NCBI GenBank assembly: GCA_043228905.1
Contig: JBHGNT010000012.1
Span: 15,438,001-15,502,000, forward strand
DNA from: Azolla caroliniana
Lineage: Eukaryota; Plantae; Polypodiophyta
Length of the DNA: 64,000 bases
Reading direction: 5' to 3'
In this document: positions 11,742-23,900 of the stretch, piece after piece
How positions within the stretch are numbered: the first letter of the stretch is position 1
Layout of the letters: every line of letters begins with the position of its first letter
Translations under genes and position numbers: made by a program
The notes under the pieces: generated by a model
The model's database searches: none
The model's input: the letters and a program-made list of their open reading frames with translations, nothing else
Told to the model about the DNA's origin: nothing

Positions 11742-12537
11742 TGTCGGGATATTTCGCAAGTGCGTGTTGAGATGAGGCGGGACCGCGGGGGTCTCGAACC
11801 AAAGAGCAAGCGAGGGAGGAGAAAGAGAGAGAACCGGCTACGCAGGACCGGGGATACACGGGGACACGGCCCTTCAGCACGGAGAGCGCGAACAGACACC
11901 GACACAGACAGACGCGAACGACTAAATATGTATATTAACAAAAATGGCTAACACGACTACAACCCTCGATGGGGCTCAGGTTGGTTACAACCGAACAAGC
12001 CGGCGAACAGATGCCGATACTTGTTCGCTTCGATGCACAAACGGGGTAGCAGGTCGGAGGTGCTGCCGGAAGCACTCGGGTGTTCCTCGATACAGCGCGA
12101 GCCTCCTCGGAACCCTGCACAGAGAGCTATGGAGCTCAAGAAGGAAGGAAACAGAGAGAGAAGCGTCCAGAAACGGTCCGACAGCACTTCGTCCTCTCCC
12201 CGCGCGAGATCCCTGCAACAGCTCTTCCCTCCTCTTTTTATAGCCCGTCGAGCAGGCCGTCCTGTCAGCTTTATTCCCTCGTCCCTTTTGGACAGGGATC
12301 CGCTCCGTCCTTCACGCGTCCGCGTAGTTACGCCGCCGACTCGTACAGTCCCTTCGCTCGCGCGCGCGACCGAAAAGACTGTTCGCGCGGTCTTTGTCTC
12401 CACTTGTGTTAGGGCCCGTTCCTGCCGGTCATCCTCCTAACTCGCTTCTATGTACAACTTGGAGCTTGCGCGCGTGAAGAACCGGTACCCACGCCTAGGT
12501 GTGCCGATTCCGCTTATGGACGGTTTTCTTCACGACA
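11742..12537 (-). repeat. 5' LTR
   Basis: Copy of 5243-6038, with TATA-like CTATAAAAAG on the minus strand near 12234-12243. Confidence 0.97.
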
Positions 12538-13121
12538 ACGTTTTACTACATCAACCCCCCTAGTTTTTGCTAATTCTATATCGCCTTTAACCTCTTCCTT
12601 AACCTTTTTTATCTCTTCCTTAATATCCTCTAGGGAAGATATTTCACCATCTTCCCTAGATGTCTCAAGATCCTTAACTTGTTTCTGAAGGTTCGTGTTG
12701 TCAAATTTAAGTTTCATTATTTCAGCAATAAACACTTCTTTTTCTTCCTTATCTTTTCATTTTTCAGCTTCAATCTCTTTCGCCCATTTTTCTAGTTTAA
12801 CTAAACAGTTAAGGACATCTAGAGAGAGAGAGAGAGAGAGTTTTGCTCAAAGAGACTATGTTACATTAACCTTCGAACTAGCTTTACAAGAACAATTACC
12901 TACTTATATAGTTAGGTTAACTGTGTTCCCACTAGAGATACACAGTGGACAAAGTGGGACTTTTATCCCAACATATTATATGTCGATCTCCACAAACTAA
13001 TGAGCTAAGTGATGAGTTCTCCATTGATGAGTACCACTACGATGAGGTTTCAACCGATGAAGGGAATGACATTCAAGCTGCCACAAGTGTTATGGGTGGT
13101 GGACAGACCGACGTTCACGAT

Positions 13122-16100
13122 TCAAGGAACGACAACGGTTTGGTTTAGGCTTAGCCGGTTTGGCCTTATCCAAGCCAAACCAACTAAGCCTAAACCGTTT
13201 AGGGGATTTCAAACTTGAACCGAACCAAACCAAGCAGATCCCTAAACCGGTTTGGGCTAAACTGGTTTATGAACCGGCTTGGGAAACGACTTGTAAATCG
13301 GTTTGTAAACCAGTTTGTGAACTTCATAACACAATTCTATTACAATTTATCATTGAACTTCATAACACAATTCCATTACAATTTATCATTGAACAATCCC
13401 CCTCCGATATGCTCCAAATGTAGAATGGTTACAAGGCTTAGAGAAAAACAACAAGAAAACATAAAATGAGAAATGCAAGACAAATTTAACTAATAGATAA
13501 TTAAAGAAAAACAATGAGAAAAAATTGACTATTCCAAAAATTGATCGTCATAATTGTCCCAAGTCATAATATTCCAAAAAAAATCACTTGTCCAAGTACA
13601 AGTATTCAATAACATCATCCTCTGCAATAATCGCTTCTAAATTGATATCTAAAGTATGATATTCATCATTAATATCTTCAAGAATTGGAATATTGACACT
13701 ATCAAGTAGATCTATCCAAGATTGTATGCACATCTCTGCCTTGAAAGTGCATGAATGCAACCCTATCTTCGAAGTTATCACGAGCTTCGGAGTTAGCTTC
13801 CTTTGAAGGCACTGATGAAGCTGGAATAGCCAAATAATCGCATGCCATTTTATACATCCTTGGAAAAATGGATCTGTTTCAAATCATAAAAAAAGATACT
13901 ATCAAAATGTGTTCATTAATTACCCACAATAACGAATTTGTTTAATACAAAATGATGCAATATAGCTTGAAACCTGTTGGTAGACCACCAATGTAGAGGG
14001 TCTACGGTACTCTTCACTCGTGGAACCTTCAGGAAACCTTCAATTTCTATCTGAGCTGATGATTCATTGTTCATATCCCAAATATCCAAAAAATCAAACG
14101 GAGATCCTTCACATGCATCTTCGGATAGAGAATCTTCGACATTAGGATCACGATATTGGTTTGTCAAGAAACTTTGCACCAATTCTATATCGAGGTCTCT
14201 CTCAATTGGATTAGGTGGTTTTGGAAGTCTACACTCAAACAAAAGACACTATTAGCAAGAAAGAAAGATTAAAAAACGGGAATTTTCAATTAAAAACATT
14301 AGTACCTCGGGTCAACAAACATTGCGATTCGAGATGGAATAGATTTCAGGGATTCTTGGTACTTGATTAGATATTGTAAGCATTTGGCACTAGCATCCTT
14401 GTTGCACTTGAAGAGCAATCTTCTCGGAGGGTGAATCAACCGAGTTCATATCCATAGAAATATATTTATTACAATGTGTTAATAAGTTGTTGAATGCAAG
14501 CACGACTATTGAGAGGGTCGGATACTTTGACCCACTCAAGTAATTACAAATTTGAGCAGGCACAAGCAACCATTGTTCCATACTTTGTATATGACTCCAA
14601 TCTTCTATGGAGAGTGTATGGTCCACAAACTCATTAGCAATGACATTGTCACTTGTGGTACAAATCAAGACATCTCTTAATTTTAGGGATTGTTGATACA
14701 TTATTAGGGTTGAATTCCATCTAGTAATGCAATCTACACATGGTGGTTCATGTTCTCCATTCTCATGCATGGTTTTTGAATATTTTTTAAATATAACTCT
14801 ACTCACTTTACTTGTGCGTATAGAATGTAATGTCTTCCTTACCTTCATAGTAGAAGGAGTAATAATTTCTAATGCAGACTTTACACCTAGTTGATATGCA
14901 TGCACCATGAATCTTAACATATGTGATGATTGTAAAATGTCTTGTCCATGATGACTAAGTAATAACCTAGCTAATTCTTTTGATGCAACTAGAGATTCAG
15001 TAGCACGGTCTGAAGTTGTAGATAGAAGACTTGAAGAGCAAGGTTGTTAGGTATGTTAGGTACGATATAGATACCATACGTATATAACGTATTAATACGC
15101 GTATAGTACCTCCCAATTTAAAAATACGTTAAATACTTTTTCTTAATATGTTAAATACTTATAAAATACGTATTTTACGTATAGTATGTTAAATACTTCT
15201 AGAATTTAAAAATTATTTACCTTTCTAAAAAATATGTATAATATTATAAAAAACATCTATGTTTACACAATTTTGTGATGTACAATATAGTTCTACATCC
15301 TAAAATGCATATAAGACATTTGAACATTTCACATCCTAAAATACTTGTAGTAATATGGATGTCGACACTCCCTTATTCTATAAATCAGTGTAAGTGTGTA
15401 TGACGATGTTCTACTTCAAATTGTAATTATTTACAATTATGCCTTCATAGATTGAGGAATTGTCTATGATTATCACACTCATGCTAGGTTTCTCTTTTCT
15501 TCGTTTTCTTCGTTTTCTTCTTCTTCTTCTATCTTTTGCGATTATCACACTTAGAGTTAGGACAGGTTTTGCCTCTAAGGGCTCTAAGGGCTGATATTGA
15601 TGTTACCTCTTCCATAACAATGTATGTTATTGTACCTATAAAATTTTGGTTATAAAAGATAATGAATTCTTTTGAAATGTACCTAGAACCAAAATAAAAT
15701 GGTCGGAAAGCTTACAAAATTCATCTACAAGAACATGCCTACATGCAAGCAACTACATCCATCCATACACTACATGTGTAAGCCCCATTTGTACACATCT
15801 ACATTTTGGTGACTTAGGAAGTTCCTACATCACCAAAATGAAAAGTATGGTATATCTGAGGTAACTTATTACATTACCCACAATTTGATAAACAATTACT
15901 TCCAACTTTTAGGACAATAAAGTACCGATTTGTAGCTCATGAGTCATACTATCTTCTAACTATGATCGGCCTTCGAAGGTCATTTTCAATATTCATTTAC
16001 TTATTTTCATCTGATCATATGGTTCTAACTTCTTATGGCGTTTATGTGTTAATTGGGTTAGTCAACAAAAGAGATAATGGTGGGTGTGTGTGTCTGTGTG

Positions 16101-17049
16101 TGCCTGACAATAAAATGTTGTTATATCAATAAGTTAACTTAAAATCCATTATGGATTATTAGTTTTACTTGGTTACAAATGAATATGGCAAGCTCATATT
16201 GCTAGTAAAAACCTACCTTTATGTAAATGATTGTTAGTTCTTCCTTTATGTTAAAAGCTCATCCTATCTTTTCCAACAATATAAATGTCCTACTCTAATC
16301 ATGAGTTATTACATTGTGCCACATTGTGGCTCAATTTGACTGTATCATTATTCATATATGTGCATAATTGTATTGTGAATCTTACTTCATATATGTCTAC
16401 ATTGTAGTGACAATGATTGTGGGTAATGTATGTCATATGAGCCTTGAGGTAAAGTAATTTTAAATTGACTATAGTCTGTATCATTATTCATATATGTGCA
16501 TAATTATATTGTGAATCTTACTTGAAGGCTTTGTAAAATAGATGGAGGTATGCACTTTGTAGGCTTGGGGCCGCACGATGCATGCAGGCGGCAACAACAG
16601 GTCATCGTCTTCCACTTTCTACTATGCAACAGACCTCTCTCACTCGCTTGCTCTCTCTCTCTCGCGCGGATGCGCGTCTGTGTTGATGGACTAGGCACTG
16701 TCTGTGTCGAGAGTCCTATTACCTAAGTCTAAGTCGTCTATCTGTGTTGAGAGTCCTATTACCTAATACCTAAGTCGTCACTCTGGAGTCTGTGTGTACA
16801 CAGTACACTGTAGACAATATGCTCGTGACTCGTGACTATTGACTAGTTAGAAGTTAGACTTGTAACTAATTAGAGGGTAGAACTTAGACTTTAGAATAAA
16901 TTATAGTAATTACTAATTAAATCACTTAAACGGCTTAGCCGGCTTGAGACGGCTCAAGCCAAGCTGAGCTGAGCCCCTAAGCCGTTAAGCCGTTTTAAGC
17001 CGGCTAAGCCAAACGGTTTAGGCTTGAGCTGAGCTGTTGCCGATCCCTA
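13122..17049 (-). mobile_element. Decayed hAT DNA transposon
   Basis: Imperfect TIRs (CAAGGAACGACAACGG vs reverse complement TAGGGATCGGCAACAG), a 7/8 TSD (TTCACGAT 13114-13121 / TTCACGAA 17050-17057), subterminal AAACCG/GGCTT repeat clusters at both ends, and an internal hAT transposase. Confidence 0.75.
13584..15030 (-). pseudogene. hAT transposase, C-terminal half, with putative introns
   Basis: Motifs DCITRWNST, LSGSKYPTLS, FVDPR, DPLHWW...FPRMYKMACDYLAIPASSVP (hAT dimerisation domain). GT-AG intron candidates at ~14231-14305 and ~13873-13973. Confidence 0.85.
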
Positions 17050-17057
17050 TTCACGAA

Positions 17058-17530
17058 CAAAATGAGACAACAAATATTAGAGCTTAGATATAAAGTAAGC
17101 ATATGATAAGGATATAATAGATATAAAAGAAGAAAGGAGAGATAGAAAGAAGGGTGCCGATCCACCCGATCACCACCGAGCGAAGGGATCGAGATAGACT
17201 TGAGCCTCGATCGGCATCCCCTACAACCGCCTTGGCGTTGAGTCGTACCTGGTACTGGCGTGCTCGCTACAAGAGTTGACCCACTACAAGAACAGAGTCT
17301 GGAGGTAGTCAAGGGATGATGAAATGAGGGTAGTTAGGCCTCATATTTATAGCAAGACCCAAGTCCCCCAGGCAAGTTCACACTTGGCCTGATGGGTTGT
17401 CTTAATCCCGAGGATTTAAAAGTAATACTCCCCTTCTTTACACTCTCGTTTAACCCTCAAACTTATCCACGTGTATAGATTACTACGGTAAATTCTCACC
17501 ACAGGATATTATACGGTCATGCACGTAACA
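17058..17530 (-). repeat. LTR copy (solo or fragment) of the chromovirus family
   Basis: Similar to 20985-21360, 19950-20270 and 26045-26326, and ends ...GGTCATGCACGTAACA. Confidence 0.75.
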
Positions 17531-19799
17531 ACACCGAACTTAGGCTCGGCCACCCCAAGCCTAGATTTCCGAATTCTTTGTTTTCTTCCTTTGCATTTTA
17601 CAAAAGGAAGAAGCGAGAAGCCTTTACATTCCCCAAATATTCCTTCGCTTCCAACAAAATTTGTCCCCCTTACAAAACATCCAATGCACATCCACAATAT
17701 ATTAAAACAAATCCATTTATATACATACATAAATACATATACACCTAAATAAACACATACAAACTCTTGCACATATAATGAAAGCACTTATTTCACAATT
17801 ATAAACACACACATATTTAGACCAATCACATAAAATTATACATTAAACTTTAAAATGAATATGTACACATCATACTATATTATATGTTATTTACAATTGT
17901 ATAACTAAAATAAATATATACATAATTAATTGTAGACTAGCATACATACAAGAAAAATACAAGTTAGTAAATGTTCATACTAGTTTCTTCAAAGGATTGT
18001 CATTCACCTACACCCTACATTCCTAAAAGGGTGAGGTTGTCAATGCTCTCAGATACTTCAAATGGCATATTAATATTCAAACTACTACCCTACATTAGAA
18101 TACCAACTTCTCAACTCTAGGTTCCTAATGGTCCTTCTCAGCTTTCACAAGCATGTGTGTTAATTTCATGGCAACAGTTTGTACATTTCTTTGGTTATTT
18201 TGTGGGTTTTATTTTTTCATATTAAAGTTTTCCACTAGTAATATAATTATTATTTCAATAGTAATATTGTACATTTTATTTTACTTTACTTTACTTATTT
18301 TTATTCAAGGGAAGAAAGAAAATCTCATGTTGTCCTTTGTTACAAGATTGTGCAACCTACAAGATGAATTCTTCGGAAATTAAATCAAACCTACGAGATT
18401 ATGAAATCAAAATGAATTTTGTTAACATAAGTTTCATTGTCACTACATGAATCAATAAACTAGCGTGCAACTTTTCTATCATGGTCACCCAATTTGGTTC
18501 AACGGGTCCTACGTACCATTACCAATTTGGTTTAACTCTTATTGACACGGTTGTTTGATGGAGACCAAATTATTTAGATGTTCAATCGAAACATGTTCCC
18601 CGTAAAGCACTATGATTGCTATGATTTGCGCCCAATTACATAAGAGAATAGTGTGTTTGTGTTACATTGTAAGAACTTTAATCAATCACCTAGCATGTAG
18701 TCACCCATATTGTTTAAACGAGTCCTACATACCATTGGCAATGTGGTTAGCTCTATTAGCTAGGTTCTTTGATGGAGACTAAAATCCCAACATTTTTTGG
18801 TAAACCATTGCGATTCCAATGAGTTTATGTTGTAGTGTGACACATTCCTCATGTGTTTATTATCATTGTGTGCACATATTTCTTCATATGGTGAGCCTGT
18901 TCATGAATGTGAATTAGAACATATATGTGGCTTTATTTGTTAATAGGAGCCTTTTACCAAAATAGAAAAGAACTAAGGTAGAGATACTATAAAGATAGAT
19001 AGAGGGGTTTGGAATAAGTGACAAAGGTTCTACAACACATGGAGGTCACTATGGAAAAACCCACATGTGGTCAAGGACATTCGGAAAAAGTCTTATTTTG
19101 GGGCTTTTCATGAAAACACATACCAATTTCCTATTGAATATGTGTACATCATCTTGAAGGTCAAACTTAAGCATGTAAATAATGTGTGAAAAGATACTTA
19201 AATTGTGTTATGATAAGCTCACTTACAACGGTCACATATTTATTAATGTTTTAACAACTATTGGGGATTTGTTTATAGGATATCTAATATGTCATTCATT
19301 CCTATGATCTCGCATCATATGTTACATCATTTGAACCAATTTTGGACTTATTATGTAGTATTTGTGAAAAATTAATAAATGCCACTTAGCATTAAAATAA
19401 GCCACATTCTTACCACGAACATGGCATTATTGCAACCTAAAAAGCTCAAATGTGATTCATCACATTGTATGAAAAGACAATATAGTATATCCAAATTACA
19501 TTTCCATAACATAAGTTGTTATCTAATGCCACATTCTAGTGAAAATTGTAAACAAATCGTTGAGCATAGACATCATCATGTTCTAAATCATCTTCCAAAC
19601 ATACTAATTGCCTTTTGCACAAGAACAATAAATTAATCCATGTGATAAATTAGATGTCACCTTTTGTATTTCTCAAGGGTTTCCAACTTTTGTTTGAATA
19701 GTAATATAAACAAATGCAGTCCAAGTTTAATGCTAAACAATGTGGTCAATTGGTCAACAATGACATCACTAGATTTTCGTCAAACATTACCTAGGAAAT

Positions 19800-20310
19800 A
19801 ATTAGCTATGGTTTTGCGGAACAGCAGCGGAGCAACAGAGCGGCGCGCCAGTCCTCGGTGGAGGTCTGCGGTGTGGACATCTCATCAGGAGGCCCGACAT
19901 AGCAGAGCAGTGGCGCAGGAGGTTTGACCCGCGCCAGTAGGCAACGAAAATGTTAGAGACATAGACTAATGTAAGCATGAGATAAGGATAGAAAATAGAT
20001 AAATAGATAAATAGACAGAAAGGAGAGAGAGAAAGACGATCCACCTGACCACCCTCGAGCGAAGGGATCGAGACGGACTCGAGCCTCGATCGGCGTCCCA
20101 TACCACCGTCATGGCGTTGAGGCGTACCTGGTGCTGGCACGCTTGCTACAAGAGTTGACCCACCACAAGACAGAGTCTCGACGTAGTCAACAAGATGATG
20201 AAATGAGGGTAGCTAGGCCTCTTATTTATAGCGATACCCAAGGCCCCCAGGCAAGTTCACACTTGGCTGATGACCCAATGCGTTTGAGGACTGTAAATGG
20301 TCCACAAAAC
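19800..20310 (-). repeat. Chromovirus LTR fragment fused to a short integrase piece
   Basis: Homologous to 21000-21290. Segment 20266-20310 matches 21683-21715. Confidence 0.7.
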
Positions 20311-20454
20311 CAAGTGATCTAAGAAATTGGCCTTTCGAAAGCCAAGTGATCTTCAATGTATAAAGGCTTAAATGCTCAAATGGATGGGAAAGGAAGCACG
20401 CATAGATAAGGCATATGATTAACAATGTAGTACAATATGGCATGTCATATGATT

Positions 20455-20610
20455 AGACTACAAATTTAATCAAACCTTTACATAAGAGTGGAGATGTAAA
20501 TAATGTAAACAATGGTCAAAACATCATGGTTGGCTTGCTAATGGCAAAACTATTGGGATGTATAATGGAATCAAAGATAAGTGCATGGGTTGAAAAAATG
20601 GTAAGAGAAT
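20455..20610 (+). pseudogene. Short LINE RT remnant (RTE/RTEX-like)
   Basis: Degenerate translation resembling KSGDVNNVNN..TIMVG.LMAKLLGCIMESKISAW. Confidence 0.45.
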
Positions 20611-20959
20611 GTTAATAATTAGTATCTAATTATGTGAATAGTTAATGAAGTATGTCATTAAACAACAAAAGATTATGTGATGTGGGTGTGTGTATGTGAG
20701 AGGGAAAGAGAGAGAGGGAGTTACACTTATGAACAATAAGGTAAATGGGGGATGATTAACAAGAGTGTAACTAAAGACCTTTCTCTATATTAATAAGCAT
20801 CATCAAGTTACAAAAATACCCAGAATGAGGTATATATATAGATCTCATGTGCAAGAGTGCACAGGTTGTCGTGAAGATTTTCAACAACGGTGTGAAAATC
20901 ACGTGGAAAGGAGAAAACCGAGAAGGGTTCAGTTTTGTGCTTTTCTCACTGTTTTCTTC

Positions 20960-23900
20960 TCAATGAGTTATCCCACATATTATTAGAGACATGATATAAA
21001 GTAAGCATATGATACGGATAAAAGATAGACAAGTAGAAAGGAGAGAGAGAAGGAAGGGTGCCGATCCACCCGACCACCCCCGACCGAAGGGATCAAGACG
21101 GACTCGAGCCTCGATTGACGTCCCATACCACTGCCGTGGCGTCAAGTCGTACCTGGTGCTGGCATGCTCGCTACAAGAGTTGAACCACCACGAAACAGAG
21201 TCTCGGCGTTGTAAAAAGATGATCAAATGAGGGTAGGTAGGCCTCTTATTTATAGCGACACCCAAGGCCCCCAGGCAAGTTCACACTTGGCCTAATGGGT
21301 TGTCTCAATCCCAAGGATTAAAAGTAATCCTCCCCTTCTTATATGGTCATGCCCGTAACATACTCCCCCTCTTTAAAACATTGCACTCTTGCAATGGAAA
21401 GTTAGGGAAGTTACTTCTGAGAGTATTTTCGCGTTCCCATGTGGCATCTTTTATTGATTTATCCATCCACTTTATTTTAAATTCTCGGATTTCTTTCGTA
21501 CGGAATTTTTTTGTTTTAACATTGAGAATTCTTTATGGTACATGTGGTTTAGAAGATAATTCTTCAGAAGTAACCAGAGTTTCAATTGTAACTGTATTGT
21601 CGCCAGAACCTAGAAGTTCTTTTAGACGACTCACATGAAAAACTGGATGAATTTCAACACCATCGGGAAGAGAGAGACAATAGGCTGATGACCCAATGCG
21701 TGGTCCACAAAACCGTGGGGCTAACTTAGCGCACTTACCCTTAGACAATGTCTTAGAATTGTGAGGTATACGTAAAAATACCTTCTGTCCAGGGTTGAAT
21801 ACACGAGGTTGCCTATAATGATCGGCATAAAAAAGCACTCTATCTTGAGCTGTTTTTATATTATCTCGTGCAATATGCAATATATCTTGCATATCCCGAA
21901 GAAAGTTTTGCGTACTTCACAACTCATCATGATGTATATTAACATCAATCGGGGTTCGTGGCTGAAAACCATACATCAACATAAAAGGACTATATCCCGT
22001 CGACGTATGCTTGGAGCTGTTATAAGCAAACTCCAAAATTCGGAGATAACATTCCCATTTTGTTGGTTTTGCACCAACGTATGCTCGAAACATGTCCTCA
22101 ATAATTTGATTTACTCGTTTTGTTTGTCCATCGAATTGAGGATGATCGGTGGAGCTCATGCTCAACGTAGTTTCGAACTTCTTAAAGACTTGCGCCTAGA
22201 AGTCACTAGTAAACTTCGGATCTCGATCACTCAAGATATCCATTGGTAATCCATAAAAACGAAATAACTCGTCAATGAATTGGTAAGCCAATTCAAGATC
22301 TGTTACTGTGGTTTTAGTAGCAATAAATCTGGCCATTTTAGTTAGTCTATCAACCACAAACCAAATGGCATCATGGCCTTTTTGGGTGTGAGGAAGGCTA
22401 ACAATAAAATCCATGGATATACTTTCCCACTTATTATTGGGAATGTCCAAGGGATGTAAAAGTCCTACGGCTTTAAGTCGGTCGGCTTTGTTAACCTGAC
22501 ATTGGTGACATTTAGTCACATAGCTATGTATGTCAGGACGCATCTTAGGCCAATAAAATTGAGTGGAGATGAGAAAGAGTGTATGATGTATTCCAGGGTG
22601 CCCTGCTGAGGGTGCATCATGGCATTCAAAAAGAATCTTCTTTTTGACCTCGGTAAATCTGGAACACAAACCTTCCCATTACGGTAGAGCAGACTGTTAG
22701 CAATGTGGAAGTATTCCTTTGAGGATGTGGTGGTGTCTATTCCAGACTCAACTCTTGCCCAATATTTTGCAAAATAACTGTCATCAGGATACTTTCCTCG
22801 AAGGTGATCATAAAGATCTGATTATATTTCAGTGAAGCTAAGCATGTTAACTTCACGGATGCGACTTAGTGCATTAGCGACAGTGTTCATGGAACCTTTA
22901 CGATATCGTTTGGAAAAATCAAAGTTCTAGATGAGATCAGCCCATCATGCCTTACAACCTTTCAGGTCTTGTTGGTCACAAAAATATTTCAAGGACTCGT
23001 GGTCCGTAGTTACCACAAAGCGATTTCCATAAAGATAATGGCGCCATGTTTTGAGTGCATGTATAATTGCAAATAATTCCTTTTCTTGAACGGTATACTG
23101 ACATTGAGCAGAATCAAGTTTCTTGGTCTCGAATGCTATTGGTTTACCATCTATAGCATAATTGCTTGCATCGGTTTCAACCTCAAAAGGTTTTGAAGGA
23201 TCGGGTAAAAGAAGTGAAGGAGCCTTGCACACAAGGTCCTTGAGTTCCTTAAAGGCGAGGTCTAGTGTAGCATTCCAGACAATAGGTTGTGTAGACTTAT
23301 GCATTTGACCTTTTAAAAGATCAGTAAACGACGTCGTCAATTGAGAGTAATTACGAAGGGATTTTCGCAAAAACCCGACAAAACCAAGGAATGATCGAAC
23401 TTCTCGAATATTCCGAAGAGTGGGCGAAAGCTTGATTTTCTCGATGCGAGAAGGATCAATTTCAACTCGTTCGGTTATGAGATGTCCAAGATAAGTTCTT
23501 GAAGAACTCACATTTTTAGATCTTCGCGTAAAACTATTTGTCACACAATGTTTGTAAAACAAAGAGGACATGTTTAGCATGTTCTTGTAATGTACAACTA
23601 TAAACTAAAATATCATCCAAGAAAATAACGACATATTTTCCAAGTTGTTCTCGGAAAATGTCATTCATTTCTTGTTGAAATATAGCCAAAGCATTGGTCA
23701 AACCAAAAGGCATAACCAGAAACTCATAATGGCCATAGCGTGTACGAAACATCATCCTCACTTATACGAATTTGATGGTAGCTAGTACGGAGATCAAGTT
23801 TCGTAAAATACCGAGCTCCCTAGAGACGGTCAATTAGATCGTCAGCCCGGGGCAATGGATACGAATTCTTGATCGTCACTTTATTCAAGCGTCGGTAATT

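Larger units (their letters stand above)
5243..12537 (-). mobile_element. Intact, young Ty3/gypsy non-chromovirus LTR retrotransposon (possibly Phygy/Selgy-like), 7295 bp
   Basis: Paired 796-bp TG..CA LTRs, 4-bp TSD ACGT (5239-5242 and 12538-12541), PBS, PPT, and uninterrupted gag-PR and RT-RH-IN ORFs. No chromodomain follows the GPY/F motif. Confidence 0.97.
4792..12930 (-). pseudogene. LINE ORF1, split by the gypsy insertion (pieces ~12538-12800 and 4792-5242)
   Basis: A coiled-coil piece (12514-12735) continues across the ACGT TSD into NIKKELKDEN...RLNVRVT...DEDLTKMQIEHRK...ARKEGHRAFYR. The stop codon at 4792 lies just upstream of ORF2. Confidence 0.7.

Noticed and set aside
5436-11770. 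Many long overlapping and antisense ORFs (e.g. 5951-6670, 8865-9674, 10730-11542, LTR ORFs)
   Set aside because: Shadow frames of GC-rich gag/pol and LTR sequence, with no recognisable domains.
11698-11880. N-terminal 61 aa of the 769-aa ORF
   Set aside because: Runs through the LTR and PBS from a non-ATG start. The likely start is ATG 11697, which is conserved in the sibling at 835.
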